Virus record (IMG/VR): IMGVR_UViG_3300042261_002385
Coordinates: 372,001-436,000 of that record
Reading direction: 5' to 3' (one strand)
Length of the DNA stretch: 64,000 nt
In this document: in pieces, positions 49,818-59,256 of the stretch
Layout: each line of letters starts with the position of its first letter
How positions within the stretch are numbered: the first letter of the stretch is position 1
Notes under the pieces: generated by a model
The model's input: the letters and a program-made list of their open reading frames with translations, nothing else
The model's database searches: none
Told to the model about the DNA's origin: nothing
Made by a program: the position numbers and the translations under genes

Positions 49818-50150
49818 TATAAAATGACTACGAAAGTTGTTTATAACTCTGATTTTTAATATACAAAAATATGCACACTTTTCTGTAGTCTTTCTTAAAG
49901 ACTCAAACTTTGTTTGTAGTATTATATAGCCTAATAGCCTTCTCCATTCGCAAAACTCTACGCTTAATAAACCACCTGGCACGCTTATTACGATACATCT
50001 GACTGAGGTTCTCTATAAAGGTTATCTTATAGTCCATAAATACGTTTTATCTTCATCATACGAGCCGTCTTAATGAGTTTAGATTTGATACGAGCCTTCC
50101 ATGATTTTGCAAGTGAAAATGATGTTACTACATTATCACTGGCGACTTTG

Positions 50151-50342
50151 TTACTCTCCCAATCCATCTTTGACATCCATAAACTTCTTTATGACAAGTT
50201 CTAAAAGCTTCGAACGGTCGTAACCATTCGACTCACAGTAAGATTCAAACCGGTCAAATACTTTGGCATCAATTGTGCCACATAAACGTTTCTTAGCGGC
50301 GTTTTCTCTTTTCGCCATTTCAAATTCATCTTCTTCTTTCAT
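50151..50342 (-). CDS. Ribbon-helix-helix (CopG-like) DNA-binding protein
   Basis: KRLCGTIDAKVFDRFESYC..DRSKLLELVIKKF. Confidence 0.6.
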   Translation of the reverse strand: MKEEDEFEMAKRENAAKKRLCGTIDAKVFDRFESYCESNGYDRSKLLELVIKKFMDVKDGLGE

Positions 50343-50640
50343 AGTATATTATATATTAGAATTTTGTGCTCAAGTTCTGATTTCTAATCGTGGCTAACGT
50401 AAGTAAATGTAATGGCTGACTTAACCCTTTTGACACAAACTTACAAATACAAATAGAATCAACACAAAATCATACAAAAAAACGACCACATTTCTGTATG
50501 TGATACAAATATCCGTTCAGAATTTTGTATCTTTGTATTTTACTTATACAGAAAAACAAACAATTTTTTGTATCAATTACATACCTGAATACAGAAATTT
50601 GACCGGAATTTCGCCCCAAAAATCCAGCCCATTTCCAAGC

Positions 50641-50865
50641 TTATTCCCCTATAATTTGATTAATCTTACCTTGTCTTATTTGAGACCTTATACTATAGAA
50701 GCTATCTAAATTAATTGACCAACTATTATTAATAAACACAGTTTCGCCTACTATCTGGTATACACTATCTTGTTTTTGGAGTTCGCCTAAAATCCAATCT
50801 TGTGAAACTTCCATTTCGCCAATAGGAGACATTATAACTAATTTATCAACTTTATTATCTAACAT
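50641..50865 (-). CDS. C-tagged hypothetical protein (IRQGKINQIIGE)
   Basis: ORF track. Confidence 0.65.
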   Translation of the reverse strand: MLDNKVDKLVIMSPIGEMEVSQDWILGELQKQDSVYQIVGETVFINNSWSINLDSFYSIRSQIRQGKINQIIGE

Positions 50866-50879
50866 AGATATTATATTAT

Positions 50880-51092
50880 ATGAATTGGATTTGTCGTTTA
50901 TTTAGGCATAAGTTTCGTTATCAAGAAAAAAGAGTTCCTTTACAGATTGGGTCTATTACTAAAAAGTTTAGAAAGTGTCAGAGATGTGGTCTTACTCAGA
51001 AGTATTTAAATGATACTGGCCAGTGGATTGAATTAAGAAAGACATTATCTGAGATACGGGATGAAAAGCTATCTAAATTAGGAATCAAATAA
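50880..51092 (+). CDS. C-tagged DUF1660-like Zn-finger protein (IRDEKLSKLGIK)
   Basis: ICRLFRHKF..CQRCG. Confidence 0.65.
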   Translation: MNWICRLFRHKFRYQEKRVPLQIGSITKKFRKCQRCGLTQKYLNDTGQWIELRKTLSEIRDEKLSKLGIK

Positions 51093-51611
51093 TTTTCTTC
51101 ATATTGGAGTAGATAACAAAGTTAATTCTATCTACTAATTGAGGTCTTTCCCTATCGTTTATTATAAGGACTTTGTTATCTACTATGAATTTAGTTTTAT
51201 ACACTTTATTTAGTGTAGTATTTTTAACTTTACCTTTAAGGTCAAATGTTGAGATGCAGAGTATATCTATCATTTGATATTATTAAGAATATCTTTAGGT
51301 AGTTCTGACTCTGTAATGGTAGTTGTCTTAGTTTTAGTTGGAGTTATTTGGACCATTTCAAAATGGAATAATTGTTTATTTTGAGTTTTAGTTCTGACGT
51401 GGTAGTATTCAGAGATTTGTCCTGTAGAGTGAATAGTTCCTAAGTGTTTTTTATCTTTCATAGTTATATTATTATTGTTATTATTATTAGTTTTATAAAA
51501 ATTAGGTGAAGGCATATCTGAGTAGTGGCACCATTGTTCATCGTTCATAGTTTTTATATGATGAAGTGGGTTTTTGGTTTAAATATTTTATAAATTAATA
51601 TATAACTTATT

Positions 51612-52001
51612 GTGAAAAAGATTAAATCATTTAGTTTATTTGAGTCAGTTGATGATGCATTAGACATTTTACCTGTTGTAAAGGATATGTTATTAGAGTT
51701 AAGTGATTTAGATTATATTACTAATTGTGTAGTAAGAAGAATGGATGGTTGTGAGTATATTAGAATAGGAATTTCTAAGCCAGTTGTGATTGGAGATAGA
51801 TATGATGTTAAGGCATCATTCGAGTGGATTGATATAAAAGATATTATGGATACTATTATAGAGTATTTAAAATCCGAAGGGTATCATTATCAAGTGGATA
51901 AGGGAACCCTATCTTGGAGTGGTCATCCTATTGTGGTCACTTCTGGAAATGCCTTTGAAGGTATTAAATCAAGATGTGAAATGTGGTTTGAAAAGAGATG
52001 A
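51612..52001 (+). CDS. N-tagged paralog-family protein (MKKIKSFSLFES)
   Basis: AATATATA 51597; paralog of 40134. Confidence 0.72.
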   Translation: MKKIKSFSLFESVDDALDILPVVKDMLLELSDLDYITNCVVRRMDGCEYIRIGISKPVVIGDRYDVKASFEWIDIKDIMDTIIEYLKSEGYHYQVDKGTLSWSGHPIVVTSGNAFEGIKSRCEMWFEKR

Positions 52002-52513
52002 AGAGGTTAAAATCATTTAAGTTATTTAATGAATCAAAAGATTATAATTTATCTACTATAAAGGATATGTTATTAGATTTTACTGATAAGGATATTGATG
52101 TTGATGTCAGTGAAGGTTCTTGGATTTTAGATAATGGGGAAGTTGAATATGTTAAGATAAAGATTGGAAAATTTAATGGACCTCTTTTTAGTATAGAAAG
52201 GTGTTTATTAGATGTTATAGATTATTTAGAAGAATCTGGGTTTGTTATGATGGATGAGTCTTGGTATTGGAATGATTCTTGGCAGCATTACGTTGGGTGT
52301 CCTAATTGTTTATCAGATGATTTTGAGGACAATTATGGTTTACGTGGAGCAACTCGTTGTAATAAGTGTGAGTATATCGGGCCTCCTGATAGTTTTTTAC
52401 AAGACCAGTGGTCAGTTACAAGATATGATTTGGCAAAGGATATTAAGGGTAGGCAGGTTGAACAAATAGAGTTACTTTTCAGTGATAGAAGGAGTAAGTT
52501 CGGTGGTGGGTAA
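51998..52513 (+). CDS. N-tagged paralog-family protein with inserted Zn ribbon
   Basis: MKRLKSFKLFNE; IKDMLLDFTD; CPNC..CNKC. Confidence 0.7.
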   Translation: MKRLKSFKLFNESKDYNLSTIKDMLLDFTDKDIDVDVSEGSWILDNGEVEYVKIKIGKFNGPLFSIERCLLDVIDYLEESGFVMMDESWYWNDSWQHYVGCPNCLSDDFEDNYGLRGATRCNKCEYIGPPDSFLQDQWSVTRYDLAKDIKGRQVEQIELLFSDRRSKFGGG

Positions 52514-52743
52514 TTAGAAATTCCTGCCTAAAAAATTTTTAAGCCGTCTTCGACGATAGGTCAAAATTTTTTTTCGGGGAGTCAAAATTTTTTTAAACTG
52601 TAGAATCAGAATTAATCAGATAGTTTTTATGGGTTAGATGTGAAAGAGATTATTAGTCTTTATCAATAATAGACCAAATTAATCCACTGATGCCAGCTGC
52701 TATAAGTAAAGTGATTAAGGTTGAAATATCCATAGTTAGATTT

Positions 52744-53013
52744 TTAGAATGCTGGAACGGTGTCTTTAATTACTTTATCGTATTTATGATCAATTAAGAT
52801 AAAAGGAGCTGGAATTACCACTTGAGATCCGTCAGAGTTTCGGTAAGTGGCATAGTTTTCACCCAATTCGATAGAATCAGTGAACCAGATGGCTTTATGT
52901 TTTTCGCCTTTGTAGTGGACGTATCCTTTAATTTCATAACGCCAGGTGGTTTCTTTTTTGGATTGTTGACAACTTAAAATAAGTAACGTGGTTAAGATAA
53001 TTAGGTATTTCAT
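52744..53013 (-). CDS. Putative lipoprotein
   Basis: MKYLIILTTLLILSC lipobox. Confidence 0.65.
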   Translation of the reverse strand: MKYLIILTTLLILSCQQSKKETTWRYEIKGYVHYKGEKHKAIWFTDSIELGENYATYRNSDGSQVVIPAPFILIDHKYDKVIKDTVPAF

Positions 53014-53054
53014 ATTTTGTAATTTTAAGTTATATTAATCTGGTTTAAAAAGTT

Positions 53055-53807
53055 TTATATGATATTAAACCAACAGTATTGTTTATGCCAGTTTTGGGTA
53101 TGATTAAAGAAGTAACTTCCTGTTCTAGAGTTATCAATAAGTATTAGACCAGGTTGGTCTTGGTTATTTCCTCTACAAACTATAATTTTATCATCATCTA
53201 TTAATTCACTGAAATAGGTTTGTATTCCATTAAATTGATTTAGGGCATGATTTATATAAGGAGATGATTTTTTTCCATATATGATAGATGTAGCGGGTCC
53301 AATTCTTCCTTCCATACTAATTATACTTGAGCACATTTGTATCTTTGTAATTATTCTTCGATAATCTTGGTCAAAATCTCCGGTTAGTTTGACATCTAGT
53401 GATGACATTGGTCCATATGCAATTGATTTAGGAAGTTTAGTATTTTGGTTTAAGAAATCAATTACTTCATCTTTGAGTTTTTGGTAAGTCTCAAATTTTT
53501 TAGAAGTCAGTGTAAGTTTCATAATTTTTGGACTTATCACTTGATTTCCTGAACTACTTACTATTGAGTTATATTGTGAGCTTAAATCAACTGCTATTGA
53601 TGAAGTATTATTTTCTCTAAAATTGTTTAGTTCTTCAATCTTATCATCTAAAACAGCATCAACTACTAATTCTCTGTTTCGTTGTTTAATCTGTCTTTGA
53701 TATTCTTCTTCATCTTGTGATACCATATCAATATACATCAATTGAGCCGTTGGGTGACTCATTTGTTTATCTGAGTAGTTACAAATAGATTTAAGTTCGT
53801 CAATCAT
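53055..53807 (-). CDS. Hypothetical protein with an internal C-tag-like helix (NRELVVDAVL)
   Basis: ORF track. Confidence 0.65.
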   Translation of the reverse strand: MIDELKSICNYSDKQMSHPTAQLMYIDMVSQDEEEYQRQIKQRNRELVVDAVLDDKIEELNNFRENNTSSIAVDLSSQYNSIVSSSGNQVISPKIMKLTLTSKKFETYQKLKDEVIDFLNQNTKLPKSIAYGPMSSLDVKLTGDFDQDYRRIITKIQMCSSIISMEGRIGPATSIIYGKKSSPYINHALNQFNGIQTYFSELIDDDKIIVCRGNNQDQPGLILIDNSRTGSYFFNHTQNWHKQYCWFNII

Positions 53808-53809
53808 AA

Positions 53810-56260
53810 TTATCTTAATAATCTCACGCTACCCTGAAGTTCTCTTTTATCATCGTTTTTTGGAAGACCAAACTCGATAGTCCAGTTATAGATTCCATCA
53901 GGACAGATTTTATTATTATAAGTTCCATCCCATTTACCAGTAACATCAAAAGATTCCCATACCATTTCTCCCCATCTATTATACATAGTCATATGAAACT
54001 GATAGATATCAACTCCTGAAGTAATAATTGGAGAAAAGTATTGATTGTGTTCGTCTCCGTCTGGAGTAAATGAATTTGGAATATAAATTAATTCTTGTGG
54101 ACAAAGTTGAATAGTAACTGTTATATTTTGTGGATAAGATTGGCAGCCTAATTCCCAGCGAGTTGCTTGAAATAAAAACACACCTTCTTGATTCCAAGTT
54201 AAGTTAATTTGGTCTCCGATTAAGGTATCTCCAAAAGTTGACCATTCTGTATAACCTGGTTGTGAAAAAAGTGATACATAGGTATCAGTAATTGAGTCTC
54301 CTTCACATAGTTCGTGATACTCAGAATTAGTGATTTGACCATCAATTTGTATTGAGAATTGTGGACGTGGATTTACTTCAATTTGAGATGTTTGTGTAAA
54401 TTGACACCCTGATTGAATATAAGTATACGTTATGGTGTTTAGACCTGCTAATTGTGTTGTTGGACAGAACTGAGAATTTTGAACACCAACTCCTGAGAAT
54501 TGACCACCTACTGGTTGTGCAGATAATTGGACACAGTTATCATAGTCACAAAGTGGAAGAACTGGTGTGATTTGTGGAACGATATCTAAATCTACAATAG
54601 TAAATGTTTGTGGAGGTGAAAGACATCCAGTTACATCTTCTCCTATAACAGTTAAGGCATTTGGGTAAACACCACCAGCGACTCCTGTCACATCGAGTAA
54701 GATGTTTTGGGTTCCTTGACCAGAGATTGTTCCGATTGTTGAGGTCCAGTTATAGGTTAAGTTATTAAAAAGACTTGATGTTTGATAAGGGTTATTTGAA
54801 GAGTTAACACAAACTGTATCACTTCCTATTATTGGGTTTATTATAACTTGTGGTGGATCTGTTAAGGTAACGGTTCCAGTTGCTTGGCATCCATTAGCAT
54901 CGGTTACTACAACACTAAAGTTTCCTTGGCAAAGACCAGTTGCAGTTTGTCCAGTTTGATTATCAGACCAAAGATAAGTGTAGGGTGCAATACCTGCTAC
55001 TGGATTTACCACGGCTTGTCCATCACAGTAACTGTAGCAAAGTGGATTAGTTCCTGTAACTGGTGGTTGTGGAAGTGCTGCTGGTTCAACAATAGTGGCC
55101 AATCCTTGATAGCTACAACCAGATGCGTCCTGGAGTGTGAAGTTATAGTTTCCAGCACAAAGACCATTTTGTGTTAGTGAGTTTCCGACTAAACCAGGCC
55201 AACTTATAGTTATTGGAGCAGTTCCACCTATTGGAGTTACAATTATCTGACAAGTGCAATCACCATTACAAAGTGGATTCGTTATTTGAACTCCTGGAGG
55301 TGGTAGATTCGGGGTTGGAGTCACTAAAATAGTGTCTGGTCCTAAGTTTCCAGCTCCAGCATTACATTGAGACCAGCCTAGATTACAAGTTGGATAAACA
55401 AATTGACAAGTGTATTGAGTTGGTCCATTTGGAGTTACCGTGATTTGAGGTCCGGTTCCGATTGGAATTGGATTTCCAACTTGAAACCAAGTTAATGTAG
55501 GTGTCACTTGTGGACCTGATGGTGTCCATCTGTAAGCGTTGTTCTGAGTTGTCCACTGAGTTGAGTTTCTACCTGGAACAGTCACGGCTGCGGATCCTAA
55601 AAGGTTATGAACACCTTGAACTGCGGTTCCGCCAGCCCATTGTGGACAGTTTGGTTTATTTTGAATATGATTTTCGATTACGTTTGTAGATTCGTAAATT
55701 ACAATATGGAAAGTTCCTAATAGGTTAGTGCAAGAAAACATAGGAACGTTTATCCAACTAACAATTAATCTACGACATGGAGCTACGCCTTGAACTTGAT
55801 AACGGACTAAACCTCCGATACCTGGATTCCAGTCTTGCCACGGTCCCATAATACAATTCTTAGGTGTTAAGGCGTTTCCTGTTGGAATTGGATTTGATGT
55901 AAAAGTTGTTGGTTGACCAGCGCTAAATGAAATCCAACCGTTTGAACCTATCCAGAATTGTGTATACGTGTTTCCATAGTAACAGAAAGTAAAACCAATG
56001 TTAAATGGTCCAGATTGAGAGTCATCTCCTAAAGCAACAGTAGTTCCGGCATTGGGTTGACCGACAAATGGTATGTTAGTAACGGTATAGTTTGTGGTTT
56101 GATTTGGATTAGAACCAGGTCCACACTGAGAAAGGTCAGCTGTTAAAGTAGTTTGTGTTACTCCACAAGGTAGAGTTACATCTGGTCCTAAATAAGGACA
56201 ATATTGACCAAATGTGAATTGGGCAAAGATAAGGCTTAAAAAAATTATTAGGTTTCTCAT
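53810..56260 (-). CDS. SprB-repeat surface protein with T9SS type-B (gliding-motility-associated) C-terminal domain
   Basis: Signal peptide; PLC..GGTAP..GLCAG..DANGC repeats; YIPNSFTPDGD..YNRWGEMV..WDGTY..DGIY..GSVRLLR. Confidence 0.88.
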   Translation of the reverse strand: MRNLIIFLSLIFAQFTFGQYCPYLGPDVTLPCGVTQTTLTADLSQCGPGSNPNQTTNYTVTNIPFVGQPNAGTTVALGDDSQSGPFNIGFTFCYYGNTYTQFWIGSNGWISFSAGQPTTFTSNPIPTGNALTPKNCIMGPWQDWNPGIGGLVRYQVQGVAPCRRLIVSWINVPMFSCTNLLGTFHIVIYESTNVIENHIQNKPNCPQWAGGTAVQGVHNLLGSAAVTVPGRNSTQWTTQNNAYRWTPSGPQVTPTLTWFQVGNPIPIGTGPQITVTPNGPTQYTCQFVYPTCNLGWSQCNAGAGNLGPDTILVTPTPNLPPPGVQITNPLCNGDCTCQIIVTPIGGTAPITISWPGLVGNSLTQNGLCAGNYNFTLQDASGCSYQGLATIVEPAALPQPPVTGTNPLCYSYCDGQAVVNPVAGIAPYTYLWSDNQTGQTATGLCQGNFSVVVTDANGCQATGTVTLTDPPQVIINPIIGSDTVCVNSSNNPYQTSSLFNNLTYNWTSTIGTISGQGTQNILLDVTGVAGGVYPNALTVIGEDVTGCLSPPQTFTIVDLDIVPQITPVLPLCDYDNCVQLSAQPVGGQFSGVGVQNSQFCPTTQLAGLNTITYTYIQSGCQFTQTSQIEVNPRPQFSIQIDGQITNSEYHELCEGDSITDTYVSLFSQPGYTEWSTFGDTLIGDQINLTWNQEGVFLFQATRWELGCQSYPQNITVTIQLCPQELIYIPNSFTPDGDEHNQYFSPIITSGVDIYQFHMTMYNRWGEMVWESFDVTGKWDGTYNNKICPDGIYNWTIEFGLPKNDDKRELQGSVRLLR

Positions 56261-56442
56261 AAATTATGATATGGTTTTTTTTAAAAAAAGTTTATTACGG
56301 TATATATTGATAAGTTGTTTGTGAATTATCGTAAATAGATAAAAGATTAGCAAACTTATTAACTGGATTAGCAACCAAAATATTTGATAATTTAGATAAA
56401 TTCCTTATCTTTGTATTATAAATCACTACAAAAACAACACTT

Positions 56443-57129
56443 ATGACATACGATATTAACAAGCGTTTCGAATTTTTAAATCAACTAACAGGACTTGTTG
56501 TTGATGGAATTACTCCATCTTTGATAGTTACTGGTGAAGGTGGACTTGGTAAAACTCACTCAGTTATGCAAACTATCCGTCAGAAGCACGTTCCTGACCA
56601 CGAATTTATAGTGTTTAAAGGATATTCTACCGCTCGAGGTCTTTACAATACTCTTTTTGATAATAATGGTAAAGTTATTGTTTTTGACGACTGTGATTCT
56701 ATTTTAGAGGACAGAGTGGCACTTAACATTTTAAAGTCGGCTCTTGACTCTTATGAGAAAAGAACAATTTCTTGGATGTCACGTATGGCAAGAAATGACG
56801 AGTATCCACAACAATTTGATTTCAAAGGTCAAGTCATTTTTATCTCAAATAAAAATATGGATTCTATTGATGATGCGATTTTGAGTCGTTCACTTACAGT
56901 AGACCTTTCAATGACTTCTGTAGAAAAAATTCAACGAATGAGTTTTATCTTACCGAATATTTTACCGGACTATGATTTAGATATCAAACAAGAGGCTTTA
57001 GAGTTCTTGAATCAAAAGAAGGATGATGTTAATTTGAATCTACGTAGTTTGATTATTACTTCTAAATTAAGAGCGGCTTATCCTGAAAACTGGAAAGACT
57101 TAGCCAATTATATGATTACTACTAAATAA
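56443..57129 (+). CDS. P-loop (AAA+-like) ATPase
   Basis: GEGGLGKT, VFDDCD, IFISN, AILSRS; host-type promoter 56406 and terminator. Confidence 0.8.
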   Translation: MTYDINKRFEFLNQLTGLVVDGITPSLIVTGEGGLGKTHSVMQTIRQKHVPDHEFIVFKGYSTARGLYNTLFDNNGKVIVFDDCDSILEDRVALNILKSALDSYEKRTISWMSRMARNDEYPQQFDFKGQVIFISNKNMDSIDDAILSRSLTVDLSMTSVEKIQRMSFILPNILPDYDLDIKQEALEFLNQKKDDVNLNLRSLIITSKLRAAYPENWKDLANYMITTK

Positions 57130-57136
57130 TCTGTAA

Positions 57137-57168
57137 CAAAAAACCCACTCAATCGAGTGGGTTTTTTT
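57137..57168. terminator. Bidirectional intrinsic terminator
   Basis: aaaaaacccactc-aatc-gagtgggtttttt. Confidence 0.85.
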
Positions 57169-57193
57169 CTATGTTAGTAAAATAAAATTATTA

Positions 57194-57772
57194 TCAAAAA
57201 GGTGAAAGTTTATGACGTGAGGGGTTTAAATTTTTACCACTTCCTGCTACAGCGGACAAGCATTTCCAACATATCGCAGCTGCGAAAGTAATAATAGCTC
57301 CGGCTAAAACACCAATACCTAATCCAGTTCCTAATAAAGCAAGTAAAGTAACGATGGCTCCTCCAATAGTGATTGCTGCTGAACTTAACCAACCTATCAT
57401 TTTCAAGAATTCAACTGCACTCATACCTAAAATTTCTTCAGTAATTAACGTATAGTTTTCTTTTAATACCGGTTGTAATTTTTTCTCGTCAGTTGGTGGA
57501 ACATAATTTTTTAATTTTTCATAACAATCTTTTATGTCTTCTATACCAACTTTTTCGGATACTATTTTACAAGCAGCATTGAATTTATCGGCATATTTCT
57601 CCATTACCTCTTTAGCCTTCTCCATACCTTCGCGGTAAGATCCTGTTAGTTTATCCCAGAGGTTTTTAAGACTATTTTTTAGTGAGTCCCACCACTCACC
57701 CAATCTGCTAAATAATCCTTCTTCTTCATTAATGGAATAAGAAAAACTTTCGAATGATTTGACGTATTTCAT
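57194..57772 (-). CDS. N-tagged protein with C-terminal hydrophobic hairpin
   Basis: MKYVKSFESF; about 45-aa hydrophobic stretch; AATATATA (-) 57791. Confidence 0.7.
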   Translation of the reverse strand: MKYVKSFESFSYSINEEEGLFSRLGEWWDSLKNSLKNLWDKLTGSYREGMEKAKEVMEKYADKFNAACKIVSEKVGIEDIKDCYEKLKNYVPPTDEKKLQPVLKENYTLITEEILGMSAVEFLKMIGWLSSAAITIGGAIVTLLALLGTGLGIGVLAGAIITFAAAICWKCLSAVAGSGKNLNPSRHKLSPF

Positions 57773-58166
57773 TTTATTTAATATTTTTTTTATATATTAA
57801 GTGACAAAAATGTTTTTTTTACCGATTTTTCAACTGTTTTTTTTTGTTTGACTTAATTAATGTATAGTCTAATGAGGATATATCTTAAACTCTACTCACG
57901 GTGATAAAAAGAAAAATGATAGAACCAGAATTCAAAGAATCGGTGATTACTTTCGAATCGGTGAGATTTTAGACTAATCTTCAGTCCAGTTTTCGGGGTC
58001 TATCAAATCACCTTCATCAATCAAATCCATTTTTATATAGATAAACACTTGATTGTGTTCTTTAATGAATTTTAGTTCATCGTAGTAGTTGAATTCTTTT
58101 TCTGCACGTTTTTTCCAATAATCATAAACGCCATCAAAGTCTTTGTTAAAAGAAGTTGCTTTTACT

Positions 58167-58424
58167 TTACCAATTTTTTTGAGTCTTAGTTCCATTTATC
58201 AGCTGTTCTATTTTATAGTCTCTTTTATTTATTATTTTTTCATTTAATACATTTTCTAAAACTAATTCTAGGTCAGCTGCAAGTGAGTCTATTTTTATTG
58301 TGAAGATTTCACCATCAAATGTATCTTTTAAGGTATATGATGGTAGAAATGTGGTTGAGTGGTAAGATATAGGTAGATGATTTTGGAATCTACCACTAAA
58401 TTTTTTAAGTAATTTATCAATCAT
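58167..58424 (-). CDS. C-tagged hypothetical protein (KRDYKIEQLIN)
   Basis: ORF track. Confidence 0.6.
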   Translation of the reverse strand: MIDKLLKKFSGRFQNHLPISYHSTTFLPSYTLKDTFDGEIFTIKIDSLAADLELVLENVLNEKIINKRDYKIEQLINGTKTQKNW

Positions 58425-58435
58425 TTAATCTGATA

Positions 58436-58654
58436 TTAATTAAGTAGTTTATTTAATAGTTGTTCTCTATGAGATCTAAGATTTCTCCTATAAGAGTCTA
58501 AAATTATTACTTCAATTTCTTTTTCTGTGATGAGAAAACCATGATGCATATCTTGTATTATTTCAGGTGACAGGTCAAGTTTTACTCCTTTGTAATATGC
58601 TTGAGTAAGACCATCTGGTTCTTTAATCCATTTTATCTCGTCTTTCTCTATCAT
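58436..58654 (-). CDS. C-tagged hypothetical protein (HREQLLNKLLN)
   Basis: ORF track. Confidence 0.6.
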   Translation of the reverse strand: MIEKDEIKWIKEPDGLTQAYYKGVKLDLSPEIIQDMHHGFLITEKEIEVIILDSYRRNLRSHREQLLNKLLN

Positions 58655-58847
58655 TTAGTATTTGTTCTAATTGTTTATCTCTTATTTGATCTAATTCTTT
58701 TTTATAGTAGAACATAATAATAGATTCTGCTTTCATATCTGTTTGAATGACATAGTCTTGAACATTTTGACGAGTGACTTTAAGTTTTATATCGTCATAG
58801 AAAACTTCTTCGCCTTTAAATATTAGGAGTTCTTTGTTAAATTTCAT
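58623..58847 (-). CDS. C-tagged hypothetical protein (IRDKQLEQILN)
   Basis: ORF track; resembles 58436. Confidence 0.6.
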   Translation of the reverse strand: MKFNKELLIFKGEEVFYDDIKLKVTRQNVQDYVIQTDMKAESIIMFYYKKELDQIRDKQLEQILNDRERRDKMD

Positions 58848-59256
58848 ACTTTTTATATATTTTGCTCATTTTTTGTTGTTAAATTTTGTTTCTAAATTTT
58901 AACATAATCATATAAAACCGTTGATAATAAAGGGTTTCATAAAAAATAGCTATTTTTGAATTATATATACAAAATGATTAGAAGGATTATATCGTGGTAT
59001 AAAATCTGGATATTAAAAAGAGAAATAAAGTCAATTCAAGTAGAAATTGATGAGTATTATCTTACGCTATTAGCCCGTAATGATGAATTTCATAAGGTCA
59101 TAGACATAGACAAACACTTTCAGAGAGTTGTTAAACTAAGAGACGTTGAAAGACGTGAGTTAGAAAGACAGATTGAATCTCTTAAAAGGTAGTTAAAACT
59201 TCTCTTTTTAATTAAGTAATCAATTTCACTTAAATTGTTTACCCTAAATTTGTGCC

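Noticed and set aside
50500-50709. 70-codon ORF in the low-coding region
   Set aside because: GTG start, atypical composition and overlap with a tagged minus-strand gene; more likely non-coding.
51466-51490. Poly-Asn (AAT)n microsatellite as a phase-variation switch
   Set aside because: Short, in-frame and imperfect triplet repeat; common in AT-rich DNA.
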